64,000 bases of DNA from Octopus vulgaris (GCA_951406725.2 OX597836.1:2542001-2606000); one strand, 5' to 3'. Shown: positions 1 through 12,192, numbered from the stretch's first letter. Numbers and translations are program-made. The notes: generated by a model not told the origin, from the letters alone.

Positions 1-79
1 AGAGGGTTCAAAATAGCATATTAAATTTGATCTAACATCGAACATTATAAACACTTTTATATTTAAGACATGAGGAATT

Positions 80-215
80 ATGTACATTATTTATATTATT
101 TACATTTGACCGATATTTGTCCACATCTTGTTTGTTGTCAACACAACATTTCGGCTGATGTACCCTCCAGCCTTCATGAGGTGTCTTGGGGAAATTTCAA
201 ACCTGGGTATTTTTC
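80..215 (-). mobile_element. Penelope-like pseudo-LTR fragment with degenerate minimal hammerhead motif (141-185)
   Basis: Minus strand reads ACAC-CTCATGA-A-GGCTG-loop-CAGCC-GAAAT-GTT-GTGT, a type I hammerhead layout with two core substitutions (CTGATGA>CTCATGA, GAAAC>GAAAT). Confidence 0.6.
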
Positions 216-225
216 GATGTTGTTG

Positions 226-227
<2 letters not shown>

Positions 228-301
<74 letters not shown>
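228..301. repeat. (ATT)n microsatellite
   Basis: Direct reading. Confidence 0.95.
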
Positions 302-302
<1 letters not shown>

Positions 303-724
303 GCAACAACAACATCAGACACTTCGCCAACGATCATCCCCTTCATCTAAAGCCCTGTAGCCGTCATCTCTGCAGCTGTAGCGATTGTGTTTATGGCCTT
401 CATTTCTGCTGCAGCATTAACTCCAAGCCTAGTCCGAGCTTTGCAGAATGAACACCCTAAAGGCACATGTATGTGACTATAATATGACAGGATATCATAT
501 TGTGAAATATGCATTATTAATTAAACTGGAGAAGGCTTTTTTAGCGAAGTTTGGAAACACATCGGAATAGGTTGTGAAAGATTGGACATGACTCATGCAG
601 GTAGCTTCAACGCCTGTTTCCATACCGTATTATGTCTCTGCGTAGGCATAACAATATGTGCGTATCTAGCTATAGCAATACTATCGACCTATCATTTATC
701 TCTTTGTGTGCCCATATCTATCAG

Positions 725-725
<1 letters not shown>

Positions 726-791
<66 letters not shown>

Positions 792-820
792 GCCTATCTA
801 TCTATCCATCTATCTATCTA
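726..820. repeat. (TATC)n microsatellite
   Basis: Direct reading; abuts the 5' end of the LINE fragment. Confidence 0.95.
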
Positions 821-1520
821 CACGTGTGGGACGAGTCGGTTTATCAGCTGAGTCTATCGTCAATATTGTCACGCCTCCTTCCTTCAAACGGGAAGGAAGA
901 GCTATTTTCATCATCCTTGTGGCTATGGCGAAAGAATGTATCTGGTGGACGCGTCTGAAAGGATTGGAGACAAACACTTTCCTCTCTGGTCAATCTCTCA
1001 TCAACTTCTTCAAGTACCACTTGAAAAGGAAAGTGAGAGTAGAGAGGTAAGTTTTGTCTAGCGAATGTTTTAAAAAAAGATGGGTGAATGTAGCAAGAAT
1101 GGCACGTATGAATGACGAAGCCACCTTGAGCATGATCCTATGAACCCAGAAATCGAAAACAGAGAGTTGCTTATTTGCAAAAAAAAAAAAAAAAGAAATA
1201 TAAAATGTGACTGCATTGACCGAGGTTACCGTGGTCTTTTCCGTAGGCTTTTCTTTCCACGGGTAAACCTCACCTGTCCTCCCCTTTACACTTCATATTG
1301 ACATTTCTGTGATAACGATCCCTATTGATCAATTTATTTTTTCCTCTCCCCCTTTTTTTTAACCCCCCTTTTTTGTCCTCTTTCTCTCCTTTTACGATCC
1401 CTTTTGATCGAAACTCCCCCTTCCTTTTTTTTTTTTTTTTTTAACCCTTCAAAAGAAAAGCTCTACCTTGTAATTTGTTCTATCTGTGTGCAGCCCTGTG
1501 TGGCTAATAAAGAAACATAT
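821..1520 (+). mobile_element. 5'-truncated Tx1/L1-clade non-LTR retrotransposon: ORF2 C-terminus (to 1143) plus 3' UTR
   Basis: Translation ...IFIILVAMAKECIWWTRLKG...FFKYHLKRKVRVER*VLSSECFKKRWVNV...LSMIL* has one premature stop (1048-1050) and the AKxxIWxxR ... FxxxW pattern of Tx1-like ORF2 ends. The pyrimidine-rich UTR ends in AATAAAGAAA. Confidence 0.75.
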
Positions 1521-2569
1521 CTAACATCTAAATCTCATATGTCATCTATTTATCTATCTATCGAATCATCTATTATTTATCTATTCATCTTCCAGTGTGT
1601 GTACTTATCTACTTATGTATGTATGTATGTATGTATGTATGTATGTATGTACGTATGTATGTATGTATGTACGTATGTATGTAAGTGTGTATGTATGCAT
1701 TGACGCATGCATACATAATCATAGAATGACAAGGAAACAAAATATATATAATATGCTTTCTATATAGTCATACGTATATTGTGTGTATACATACATATAT
1801 AAATACATATATAAATACATATATATGTATGCATGCATATATATTTGTGTGTATGCATGCACATGTATGTATATGCACGTACGTATATAGTGTATCCATA
1901 TGAATATTAGAATATAGAGAGAGCGACAGCGTATATCCTGCTACTTTTCTCCGTGTACTAGTCGTTCCAAAGATGATATATGGAAGAGACTGGACGATCA
2001 ATAGCAGTTAGACGAAGAGCTTTGCCAAATTCACTTGGCTTCCGACCAAACTTCCCCCACTTATGTTAAGGCATGGTCTCGTATGTAACACAGAAAACTT
2101 AGACGCACACACACACACTCGTACACATTGGCAATATACATATGCACATATAAACACAGTCACGTGTACATAAACAAAAACACACTTACATACATACTAC
2201 GCGCAGCTACACATTTTCAAATATATCCGCGAAACTGTAGAACAAATTAAATCTAATTAAAATATTAACATATAAAGGACTCAATATGGAAAGAAGAGTT
2301 AAATGTTGCCCTTTTGTCTCGATAAATGTTGCTGTGAATACAAAGTTTAGTCGAAAGTCGAATTCTTTCGGATAATTTGAGAAATTCCAAATTTCGTAGA
2401 CATATTACGGATCGCTATCTGCATAATTATGGATCGTTAAATGCATGAGAAACGTCAAAGTTTCGTCCCGTGACATTTTCTCATAAAGCTGGATTCTAAG
2501 ATTCCATGCCATATATGTATACTACCTCCCCCAATACTCTCTCCAATCTGTTGGTGTGTTGTGCATATT

Positions 2570-2700
2570 CGCCAGCCAGGTGGGCTGGAGCAACTTGAGA
2601 TGGAGTGTAGTGCTCGAGAACACAATGCATTGCCCGATCCAAGAATCGAAACTACGACCTTCAGATTATGAGTGCAACATACTAAGCTATCGCCTACACT
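2570..2700 (-). mobile_element. Old tRNA-derived SINE fragment with CORE-like body
   Basis: Minus strand has a B-box-like GTTTCGATTCT followed by TTGTGTTCTCGAGCA..CACT..ATCTCA.GTTGCTCCAG. Confidence 0.55.
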
Positions 2701-2780
2701 CTGAAATGTATCAATCTATCTATTTATCACAAACACTCACACACTAACACAAAAAACACACATATGCATTAACATATATA

Positions 2781-2925
2781 TACGACGGGCTTCTTTCAGT
2801 TTCCATATACCAAATCCACTCACAGGGTTTTGGTCGACCCGAGGCTCTAGCAGAAGACATTTGCCCAGGGGCCACGCAGTGGACTGAATCCGGAGCCATG
2901 TAGCTGACAAGCAAGCTACTTTCCA
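2781..2925 (-). mobile_element. tRNA-derived SINE family 2 (CORE-like), partial
   Basis: Homologous to the copies at 39035-39195, 57935-58095 and 60392-60549 (GGCAAGTGTCTTCT..TATAGCCTCGGG..GACCAAAGCCTTGTGAGTGGATTTGGTA). Confidence 0.85.
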
Positions 2926-2973
2926 AATAAATAAAGATGTATATAAATATATATGTATATATATACTTGTATC

Positions 2974-3051
<78 letters not shown>

Positions 3052-3209
3052 CAGACACACACATCCAAGTATATGCGTGTATGCGTATGTGTGTGTGTGT
3101 ATTCTTACACACGCACGCACAATCATACGCCCACACACATATATCATAATTTACTTCGAATGTGATGTACGGCATCTAACGCTTTGCGGAAGCTCGTTCG
3201 AATTCCATG

Positions 3210-3272
3210 CCAGGCAGTCAGGCAGTCAGGCAGTCAGGCAGCCAGGCAGCCAGGCAGCCAGGCAGTAGGGCA
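3210..3272. repeat. (CAGGCAGY)n 8-bp tandem repeat
   Basis: Direct reading, about 7 units. Confidence 0.85.
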
Positions 3273-3990
3273 GTAGTGAGTTATATTTAATAGCATTCAC
3301 AATCATATTATTCTCTGTCTTCTGCACTAAACTCGGAATAGATTATCTTGTTTCACGTTTTAATCCAAAATTAATGCGGGCTATTGATTGTCTTCCTATC
3401 GATTTGGTAGCGTTTGCCAACATGCGCTTGGTAGGAATTAGAATAGCCGATTCCACCGCTAGCGTAACAATACACACACACACACATATACAAACACACA
3501 CACGCGCACATGGATACACGCACGCAGGCGCATACATAGACCCTCACATATTTTTATGTTTGAACGTATCTATGCGAAGTAAATCACACATCCTTTGAAG
3601 CAGATATTCATGGAAAAATAAGATCATTAATGCATATACACATCTACTTTTTGTTTGATCATATGAAATATATATGTATGAATATTTTTATGTATAAATC
3701 TTTACCCTTTTTCCAACAACTTCCTCCCTCTATCTCTCTCTCTATCTATCTATCTCTCTTTCACAAACACACATATATAAATATACTAACGTACGTATCG
3801 AGAGGAAGAGATAGAACGAGAGAGAGGGAAGGCGAAAGTGAAGCAGAGATCGAAAACTAGTGATTCTAATTCAATGCCGACTCTATTGCATTCACCGAGT
3901 ATTTTTTACAGCTCAACAAACATTCCCCAAAATCGGAGACGCACTGCTCACCATTCCTTATATATCTAACCACGAATTTCGTTTCAGGAA

Positions 3991-4061
3991 GTTACTAGGA
4001 AACGCAGAGAATCCGCGAAACCGAAATACGAGGGCACGTAAGTCTCGTACTTATGACGTCA
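3991..4061. promoter_or_regulatory. Candidate cis-regulatory module: RFX X-box-like GTTACTAGGAAAC plus full CRE TGACGTCA
   Basis: Motifs at 3991-4003 and 4054-4061 in a locally CpG-rich, non-repetitive island. Function is untested. Confidence 0.3.
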
Positions 4062-4251
4062 CTGCTGCGACACTATCCACCAAGATTCAATATTCATTGT
4101 GAACTCTACGTAATATACCTATAAAAATAAATACTTTCAGACAAGAAATAAAGCATCATTTCTTTCTACGGTTTATATGCATTTAGACTGATAGACAGAG
4201 GGAATTTTACTTTCCAGTTATTCGCTCGTAATCCACATTACATATATAATC

Positions 4252-4292
<41 letters not shown>

Positions 4293-4354
4293 GTATAGAA
4301 TATATACATATGAATATACTCACTCACACAAACACACACATATATATATATAAT

Positions 4355-4392
<38 letters not shown>

Positions 4393-4431
4393 GATATTTT
4401 TATATAATTATATATGTATATATATAATTAT

Positions 4432-4499
<68 letters not shown>

Positions 4500-4843
4500 T
4501 GAGAGAGAGAAACAAGTTGGCGAATTGACAAGAGACTCACGCACCACCAAATCGCTGTTTGACAGGTCACAGGGATCGTATTTGGAGAGTAGCATTATAG
4601 TTCGTTCCCTGCATCTGGGGCGCTATTGCGGTTGGTGAATGGACGAAAGAATAACGATTGAGGATTTATAACCTATGACCTACTCCGTTGCCAGGTGGCT
4701 GCACTATCGAAATGCACGACGGATGGCAATGCACTTGGTTGAAGTTGAGTTGCCATGTCGAATTACATCGGAATCCCAAATGTGTTGGCCTATTCATCCT
4801 TTTGCAGAATACTTACAGCTGCTCAGAGATGTATATATGAAAA

Positions 4844-4898
<55 letters not shown>

Positions 4899-4905
4899 CA
4901 CACAC

Positions 4906-4958
<53 letters not shown>

Positions 4959-5015
4959 TGTGTATACACATACACTTAGACAAACGCATACTAGATATAT
5001 ATGTGTGTGTGTATG

Positions 5016-5068
<53 letters not shown>

Positions 5069-5649
5069 CAATGACCTCTAAGGATTGGTTATTGATACCG
5101 CCTCGATCGAGGTTTAATGCATCATACTATGAAATATATATATATATATATTCATAGATTTATGCATGTATATGTATATATACTTATACATAGGTGCATA
5201 AAGGCATATGTTTATGCTTATGTACCATTCAACTATGTGAATGGGTTGTGCTCTTATCCCTTGTGTTATGGTGACAAATCCAAGAAATTCGTTTTAGCAT
5301 AAGAATACTTTTGCTGCTGAAAGACAATACTTCTTTCCACTTTACACCGAGGAATTTTCTAACCGACTGTTGGGTTACAGTGGCGCCGTGCTTTCGGCGT
5401 GGAGTAATTTTCCAAATGGAAAGCAAATAGTGTTACTTAAATTGGTCAGAGAATGTTTTCATATTGAAGGAATGCACAATCACAAATCAACTGGGATTGA
5501 AACCGTTCTGCTACTTTGCTTCGAATTGCACCGTTGAAACTGTATTTTTTTTTTTTCAATGGCAAGATCACCAAATACAACCTTAGAAATAAATTAAATT
5601 AAAGCAACTACAAATAAAGGTAATGTTTTATAGTTGAAGTCATAACATT

Positions 5650-5862
5650 GGTTTAAATTTGTGCACAAGGCCAGCAAATTCTTGTAAGTGGATAAATAAT
5701 TACATCGACCCAGTGTTCACCTGGTACATGTATTATCGACACAGAAAGAATGAAAAGGTAAATAGACTTCGATGGAATTTGAAATTAGATTGTGCACTCA
5801 GACAAAATGGCGCTAAGCATTTTTTTTCGGCGTCCTAATCATTCTGCCATCTCGCTGCCTCA
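5650..5862 (-). mobile_element. tRNA-derived SINE family 1, diverged, tail B
   Basis: Reverse complement of the family-1 head and body (GGCAGCGAGATGGCAGAA ... TTCAAATTCC ... TTTCATTCTTTC.GTGTCGATAA). Confidence 0.8.
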
Positions 5863-6084
5863 ATGGAAGTCACAATATTTAAAAAAAACTATTAGAGCTC
5901 TCACAACCATGGTAGCATATCTTATTTGGACTATTACATTCACAATAACATAGAATTCCATTGCTGAAACTCAAAATCGTCCACTGTTTCCAAAGGTTGT
6001 GCTAGGAATACATAGATTTTCGTGAGGACAACAACGTCACAAATATAACAATGACATTTTCGAGCAGCAGACATTATTGATTCC

Positions 6085-6250
6085 CAACTTTTGACACCAG
6101 GCCAGCATGTTCGATGCTCAAGTAGTAATTATTTTGATCAACCCCGAAAAAATGATAGGCAAAGTTAACAGCGGCGGAATTTGAACTCAGAACGTAAAGG
6201 CGGCCGAAATACCATCAAAAATAGTGTTTTAATGATTCCGTTAGCTGAAC
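6085..6250 (-). mobile_element. SINE family 1, diverged fragment
   Basis: Contains GGCGGAATTTGAACTCAGAACGTAA and ACCCCGAAA motifs of family 1. Confidence 0.75.
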
Positions 6251-7275
6251 ACATTCGGGGATCGCCCGATATATATTGGGGGAGTATGAGCAGCGAAACA
6301 GTTTTAATAAAGGAACCAGAAAATCATCTCCGATTGGGATAATAACCACCTAATCCATTCGGAGAAGGAGAATAACAATGGCAACAACTTCTACAAGGTC
6401 AAGAACAGAAGCAAAATCTTTAGTTGTAGCAACAGCAAAAACAATGAGAACAACAACTAACCAATGCAAATTCAAGAGGTCGAATCCCTTGTTAGTCTTT
6501 TTATCTTAGATTTCTTTTCTTTCTATGATATCGAATTAAGACTCGGCTCCTACTTAGCTAATCTCTCTGCCTGAAATATTACGCAAATCCTGTTCTTGAA
6601 AGCCTCTCTGCTTTTTAGGCGATAATATTAATCTTAGATATACTTTGTCGAAAACACAGAACAAGAAATAATAGATCTTTGTAACAGAATGCAATAATGT
6701 GTTACCCCATCATCCGTTGCAGGTTGGCATCCCAATTCACTTGGGACATCCAATGCTGAGCTCCAAATAAATGTAATAGTAAATATAATGCAGAAAATAA
6801 TAATCTTCAATTGTGAATATCTTAATTTTCCAACATACATACATACATACATACATACATTACATACATACATACATACATACACACTGAAGCAACAAAA
6901 GTAGAGGATTCACTATTGCAACACATCTTGGGTTATTGTGGTTTCTTGTCTCCAGGGAGGATGACCAGAGTAGACCAAGAGAGAAATGCTTGTTTTCTGC
7001 ATATACTGGACAAGCAGAACCTAAGAGTTTAAGAAGATTCTTCACTGACAGGATGAATGGATCAGTGGAATGTTAAGCAAATTACACAGCATTTCATGGC
7101 GCTGGTATTTCGGCTGATCAATTATTTGAATATTTATAGTCGAAACTGACGGAGATACATTTAACTCACTCTAAACTATCTTATCTTTTATAGCCTTTCT
7201 GTTTCCTCAGTATAATGATAACATGCGATGTCAGAGATACTGCACTTACTAAAACCTCAAAGGTTGGTGCAGAAA

Positions 7276-7343
7276 TTACATAATTAGCATATTTACATAA
7301 TTAGCATATTTACATAATTGGTATATTTACATAATTAGCATAT
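7276..7343. repeat. 17-bp minisatellite (TTACATAATTAGCATAT) x4
   Basis: Four direct units; the third has two substitutions. Confidence 0.9.
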
Positions 7344-8300
7344 TTAGTTATTATTCATAAATTATTTAAAAGATAAAAATTCAGTTAAACTGGATATGTG
7401 TGGGATGTTATTTTCAGATAATAATTTTAACGCACTTTCACGGAAGCAACGAGTACATTCCTCGGACAGATTCGTCACTCGACCTGATGATGGAGGACTC
7501 CGCTCTTTGGTTTATTTCTCAAGTCTGCATGTACCGAAAGCGTAACGAAGCAATAACAGATGGTCGAGAATTTATAACGGATAAAAAAAAATCTATAAAG
7601 TATACTGGAAGACATTTCATACTACGCTTTAAACATATCGCCAATCCACATGGGCCACCAACCTTCTCAAATACAGCACATGAACCTGAAAATCGAACAA
7701 GGCCTCAGTGGTTGCATTAGCACCAACATTGATAAAATACAAAGCGAGAGAGTCAGCATCAAAGAATATTCGATCTCCTTGAAGAATGGAATTTTGCGGC
7801 GCTTCACACAGATGCTCGCCTGAACGGTGCGATTTTCCCTCCCGAAGGACAAGCAAACGATGCCTCGATTTCCTCACCCCTACGGCAAGAAAAACATATT
7901 GACGCATATATATTCTCTTCGGGTTTTACTGATACAACGTTAAAGCGATGAGACAGGTGTTGGAATGGTGAACTGACGAAATTATATTTACGAGTTTGAA
8001 ACCTGTCAAAATCGATTCAACTCTTCATCTCTCAAGAGTTGATAACATATGTGCCGATCGATAAATATATCCGATCGTTTGACATATAGAAGCGGACGCA
8101 ATTCTTGAAATTGGCGTTCAAAGGTTATACAAACTTGACGGCATCGAGAAGACGTGTCCGTTCTTCTAATCGCACGAAACAAAATACAATCATGTTTTTC
8201 AATATAAAAATACGCAGCATACGATATATATATATATACATATATGTACATATATATATTCATATGTATATGTATACATGTATCTATCTATCTATATATG

Positions 8301-8331
<31 letters not shown>

Positions 8332-8338
8332 CAGTCTG

Positions 8339-8383
<45 letters not shown>

Positions 8384-8479
8384 GTCTGTATATATATATA
8401 TCTGTCTGTGTGTGTATATATATATATATATAGGTATATATTATATTATATCATATTATATATATATATATATAATATC

Positions 8480-8539
<60 letters not shown>

Positions 8540-9192
8540 CGCATAGACGTACCTGTGCACTTATATATATACGCATATACATAGATACATGTTTGTATGA
8601 GTGTATGCAAATGTATCTGTGACTATGTATAAAACTACAGAGCTAGGGTTTGTGGTTGGTGCGGTGGAGAGACCTTCTCGATATTTGAAATGAAAGGAGA
8701 TTTAAAGTGGCTATTTCACCTCGGTGAACGACGTACGTTTAACGTGAATACTTTCCAAAGTGAACCCAAAAGAGAATCGATAATGGCGATTTATTTGAGT
8801 AAAGTTATATTACCTGGGGCTAATTAGTGTCCAATACAGTAATTCACAGAATTGATAAGCGAGACACCTGCCAAAATTATACTTAACACACAAGCAGTTG
8901 AATTAAATTCTTCAGTCTGGAAGTAAACAGGAGAGACAGAAATGGACGATGTAGAAGTAAAAGAAAGAGAGGGAGAGAGAGAGAGGGGGCACTGGGCGAC
9001 AGAGAGACAGAGAGAGAGAGAGAAGGAGGGAAGGGAGAAAATTATGGAAAGAGTAATGCAGAAAGAATTGACAGAGGGGAGAATCGGTAGAATTTGGAAG
9101 ACAGAATAAACTGAAAAGACAGATTGAGTTATAGGAAAGCAAGAGTGTTATATATACACACATACATAGTCACTACACATGCAGGTATGTAT

Positions 9193-9232
<40 letters not shown>

Positions 9233-9362
9233 CTGTGTATGTGTGTATAGACATATATATATATCAATATAATATATATACATATATATGATATGTATGT
9301 ATATATTTATATGCATATATACATATATAAACATATAAATGTGAATATACATACACACACAC

Positions 9363-9471
<109 letters not shown>

Positions 9472-10117
9472 GGGCACATAACCAACTACACATTAAACCA
9501 GACACACAATTATATAACATATATATATATTTTTATATACATATATTTATATATATATGTGTAATGTATATATATATATATTTATATATATATATGTGTT
9601 ATATATATACATATACATATATATAACAATATACATACATATATATATCTATATATATATCCGTATGTGTGTGCGGGTAAGTGTGTAAGCATATATATAT
9701 ACCTACACACACAGGTAGAGAGAGAAAGAGAGGGAGAGTGAGAAAAGGCGTGAGGGATGGAGGGGGCGATTTTTGAAAGTGAATGAGGGAGAACGGGAGA
9801 GAATTGAATGTGGTTGTTCATGTTAAGGTTACAATTACGACAAGTGAACTTTGAGCAATCAAATACTCACGAAGTAGAGACATTGAAATTACTAGACAAT
9901 CGAACGTTACTGATATTCTGACATTATCTCATAACAATAGAAGAATGGAGTGGATATCACATAGCTAGAGACGCATCAGGACGCATCAGAAGTAGACAGA
10001 CACTTATATAGATATATAATTATAGAGAGCCAGTCGCATGCTGAAATCCTCGAATAGCTATTCCTGTATGCCCACACACATGAACCTATACGTACATACA
10101 TGCACCCATACATATGT

Positions 10118-10160
<43 letters not shown>

Positions 10161-10197
10161 GCATACATATGTAACTATAACTATATATATACATATA

Positions 10198-10295
<98 letters not shown>

Positions 10296-10411
10296 GATAT
10301 ATATATTTTGTTTCTAGTTTCAGCTCAGAGCTGCAGCCATGCTGATGCACCGCCGTTTAGGAAAATATGGAACGCTTCACGAATTTGCGTGTCATCCTTG
10401 CGCAGTGGGCC

Positions 10412-10443
<32 letters not shown>

Positions 10444-10529
10444 CAATATGTATCGCCGTAGCTAGTACATATATATATACATATATGTACATACTTACAT
10501 CTATACGTATATCTATATACGCATATGTA

Positions 10530-10830
10530 GGTACAGGACGTCACGAAACGTGTACAACAAAAAGAAGTACGAAGTACGAGTAAATGGAACATGAACTATT
10601 TTTTCGGACACTGAAAGACACAAATGGAAAACAGGCAAATGTCATAAAATTTTTCATCAGTTATCGATCAAACAAATAATAGTTAGTTTCGTACCTCTGT
10701 CTTAACGTTAAAGGCACGAAACTGAGTATGAGTATTTTTGGTCGATAACTGATGAAGAATTAAGGTTCTTCTGTGTCTGTCACACCTTGACAACAAGTAT
10801 TGCTGTGTTTACGTAGCCGTAACTTAGAGA
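10530..10830. mobile_element. Probable Penelope-type pseudo-LTR remnant with internal inverted repeat
   Basis: Imperfect palindrome at 10653-10756; carries GAAAC-TGA-GTA and CTGATGA hammerhead half-motifs. Confidence 0.5.
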
Positions 10831-10883
10831 TTCTGCAATACAGAGCGAAAGAACAGGAACCTGAGCAAACAACAACAACATAA

Positions 10884-11303
10884 GTCTTAATTGAGAAAGA
10901 AAGCAAACGATGCTGGATCATAGATATGGCATGTACAGCTGACAACAACGTATGCGATAACGAAGAAAGAAAAATCGATAGTTATGAGAGGTGAGCTTGT
11001 GGGGTTAAGCAGTTTTGGTCGATGAAGAAAAGGTGGCAGTAGTACCAATAATTGTCGGTGCCCTGGGATCAGGGAGTAAAAACCTTGAGAAGGACATGGA
11101 ACAAATAGGAGCTGCAATAAGGGTTGAGAACTCGCAAACCACAGCACTGCTTGGAACAGCTCGATTACTCCGGATAGTGTTTGAAAAATGAGGAGTGTTA
11201 CCATAGTTCACTGGTAGTGAACAGCTGGCACCGTAGTACATCTCCAGCATCAGAAGCTGTGCAAAAACAATAAAATGATAATAATAACAACAACAACAAC
11301 AAA

Positions 11304-11372
<69 letters not shown>
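10884..11372 (+). mobile_element. R4/Dong-clade non-LTR retrotransposon 3' remnant (restriction-like endonuclease C-terminus, 3' UTR, (TAA)n)
   Basis: VLIEKESKRCWIIDMACTADNNVCDNEERKIDSYER*...FWSMK/KVAVVPIIVGALG...TALLGTARLLRIVFEK* (ends 11191; one stop, one frameshift) matches the IID-x-A / PIVxGALG / LLGTAxxLR motifs of R4/Dong proteins. Confidence 0.85.
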
Positions 11373-11373
<1 letters not shown>

Positions 11374-11740
11374 GAATGTACTACGGTGAGTTTGTTCGAC
11401 CAACAAATATTCTGGAAGGCAGTGCCCCAGCATGGTTGGATGTATATTGACTGAAAAGAGTGAAAGATAAAGGAAAGGATAAATTGCAGAGAAAATATCA
11501 TAAATGATTAATGTTTACAATTCTTCCATCAAGATGTGAACTAATTTGCAATCTTCATCCTGAAGGCAAAAACAAAAGCGAGAATATATTTGTCAGACTT
11601 GCGAATTTCGTGGCACATTTATCATTCGATCTCTTCGCGATAAGGTTTTTCTTTTTGTCTTCGAGTATATTTTTCGTTGGTGTGTTCTATAATTTTCATG
11701 TCACTTGGTTATACATCTTAAAGATATTTCTTCCAGGTTA

Positions 11741-11970
11741 AGGCGGCGAGCTGGCAGAAACGTTGGCACGCCGGGCGAAATGCGTAGCTGTATTTCGGAT
11801 GCCGTTATGTTCTGAGTTCAAATACCGTCGTGGTCGACTTTGCCTTTCATCCTTTTGGCGTCGATTAAATAAGTACCAGTTAATGACTGGGGTCGATGTA
11901 ATTGACTTAATTTGTCTGTCCTCGTTTGTCCCCTCTGTGTTATACCCCTTGTGGGTAATAAAGAAACAGG
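11741..11970 (+). mobile_element. Full-length SINE family 1 with Tx1-like tail A, flanked by 10-bp TSD TATTTCTTCC
   Basis: A-box-like TGGCAGAAACGTT, B-box GAGTTCAAAT, and a core GCCTTTCATCCTTT..GCGTCGAT resembling the Meta/Sauria-SINE domain. Direct repeats at 11725-11734 and 11971-11980. Confidence 0.9.
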
Positions 11971-11984
11971 TATTTCTTCCTGTC

Positions 11985-12192
11985 TATTCTAAGCACAAGA
12001 CTAGTAATTTCGTGGGAGGGGAGTAGTTTATTACATCGACCCTAGCGCTGGACTGGTACTTATTTTATCGGCCCCGAAAGAATGAAAGGTAAACTAAACT
12101 TCGGTGCAATTTTAACTCAGAACGTAGTAACAGACCCATTTCCGCTAAATATTTTGCTGGGCGTGCTAAAATTTCTGTCAGCTTACCGCCTT
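11985..12192 (-). mobile_element. SINE family 1, older copy with tail B, inverted relative to the neighbouring copy
   Basis: Reverse-complement homology to 11741-11910. Confidence 0.85.

Noticed and set aside
7400-7907. Overlapping 61-106 aa ORFs in unique sequence
   Set aside because: No recognisable motifs, and lengths are compatible with chance.
11741-11830. tRNA gene
   Set aside because: A and B boxes are present, but the sequence continues into a multi-copy SINE body and I see no proper acceptor stem.
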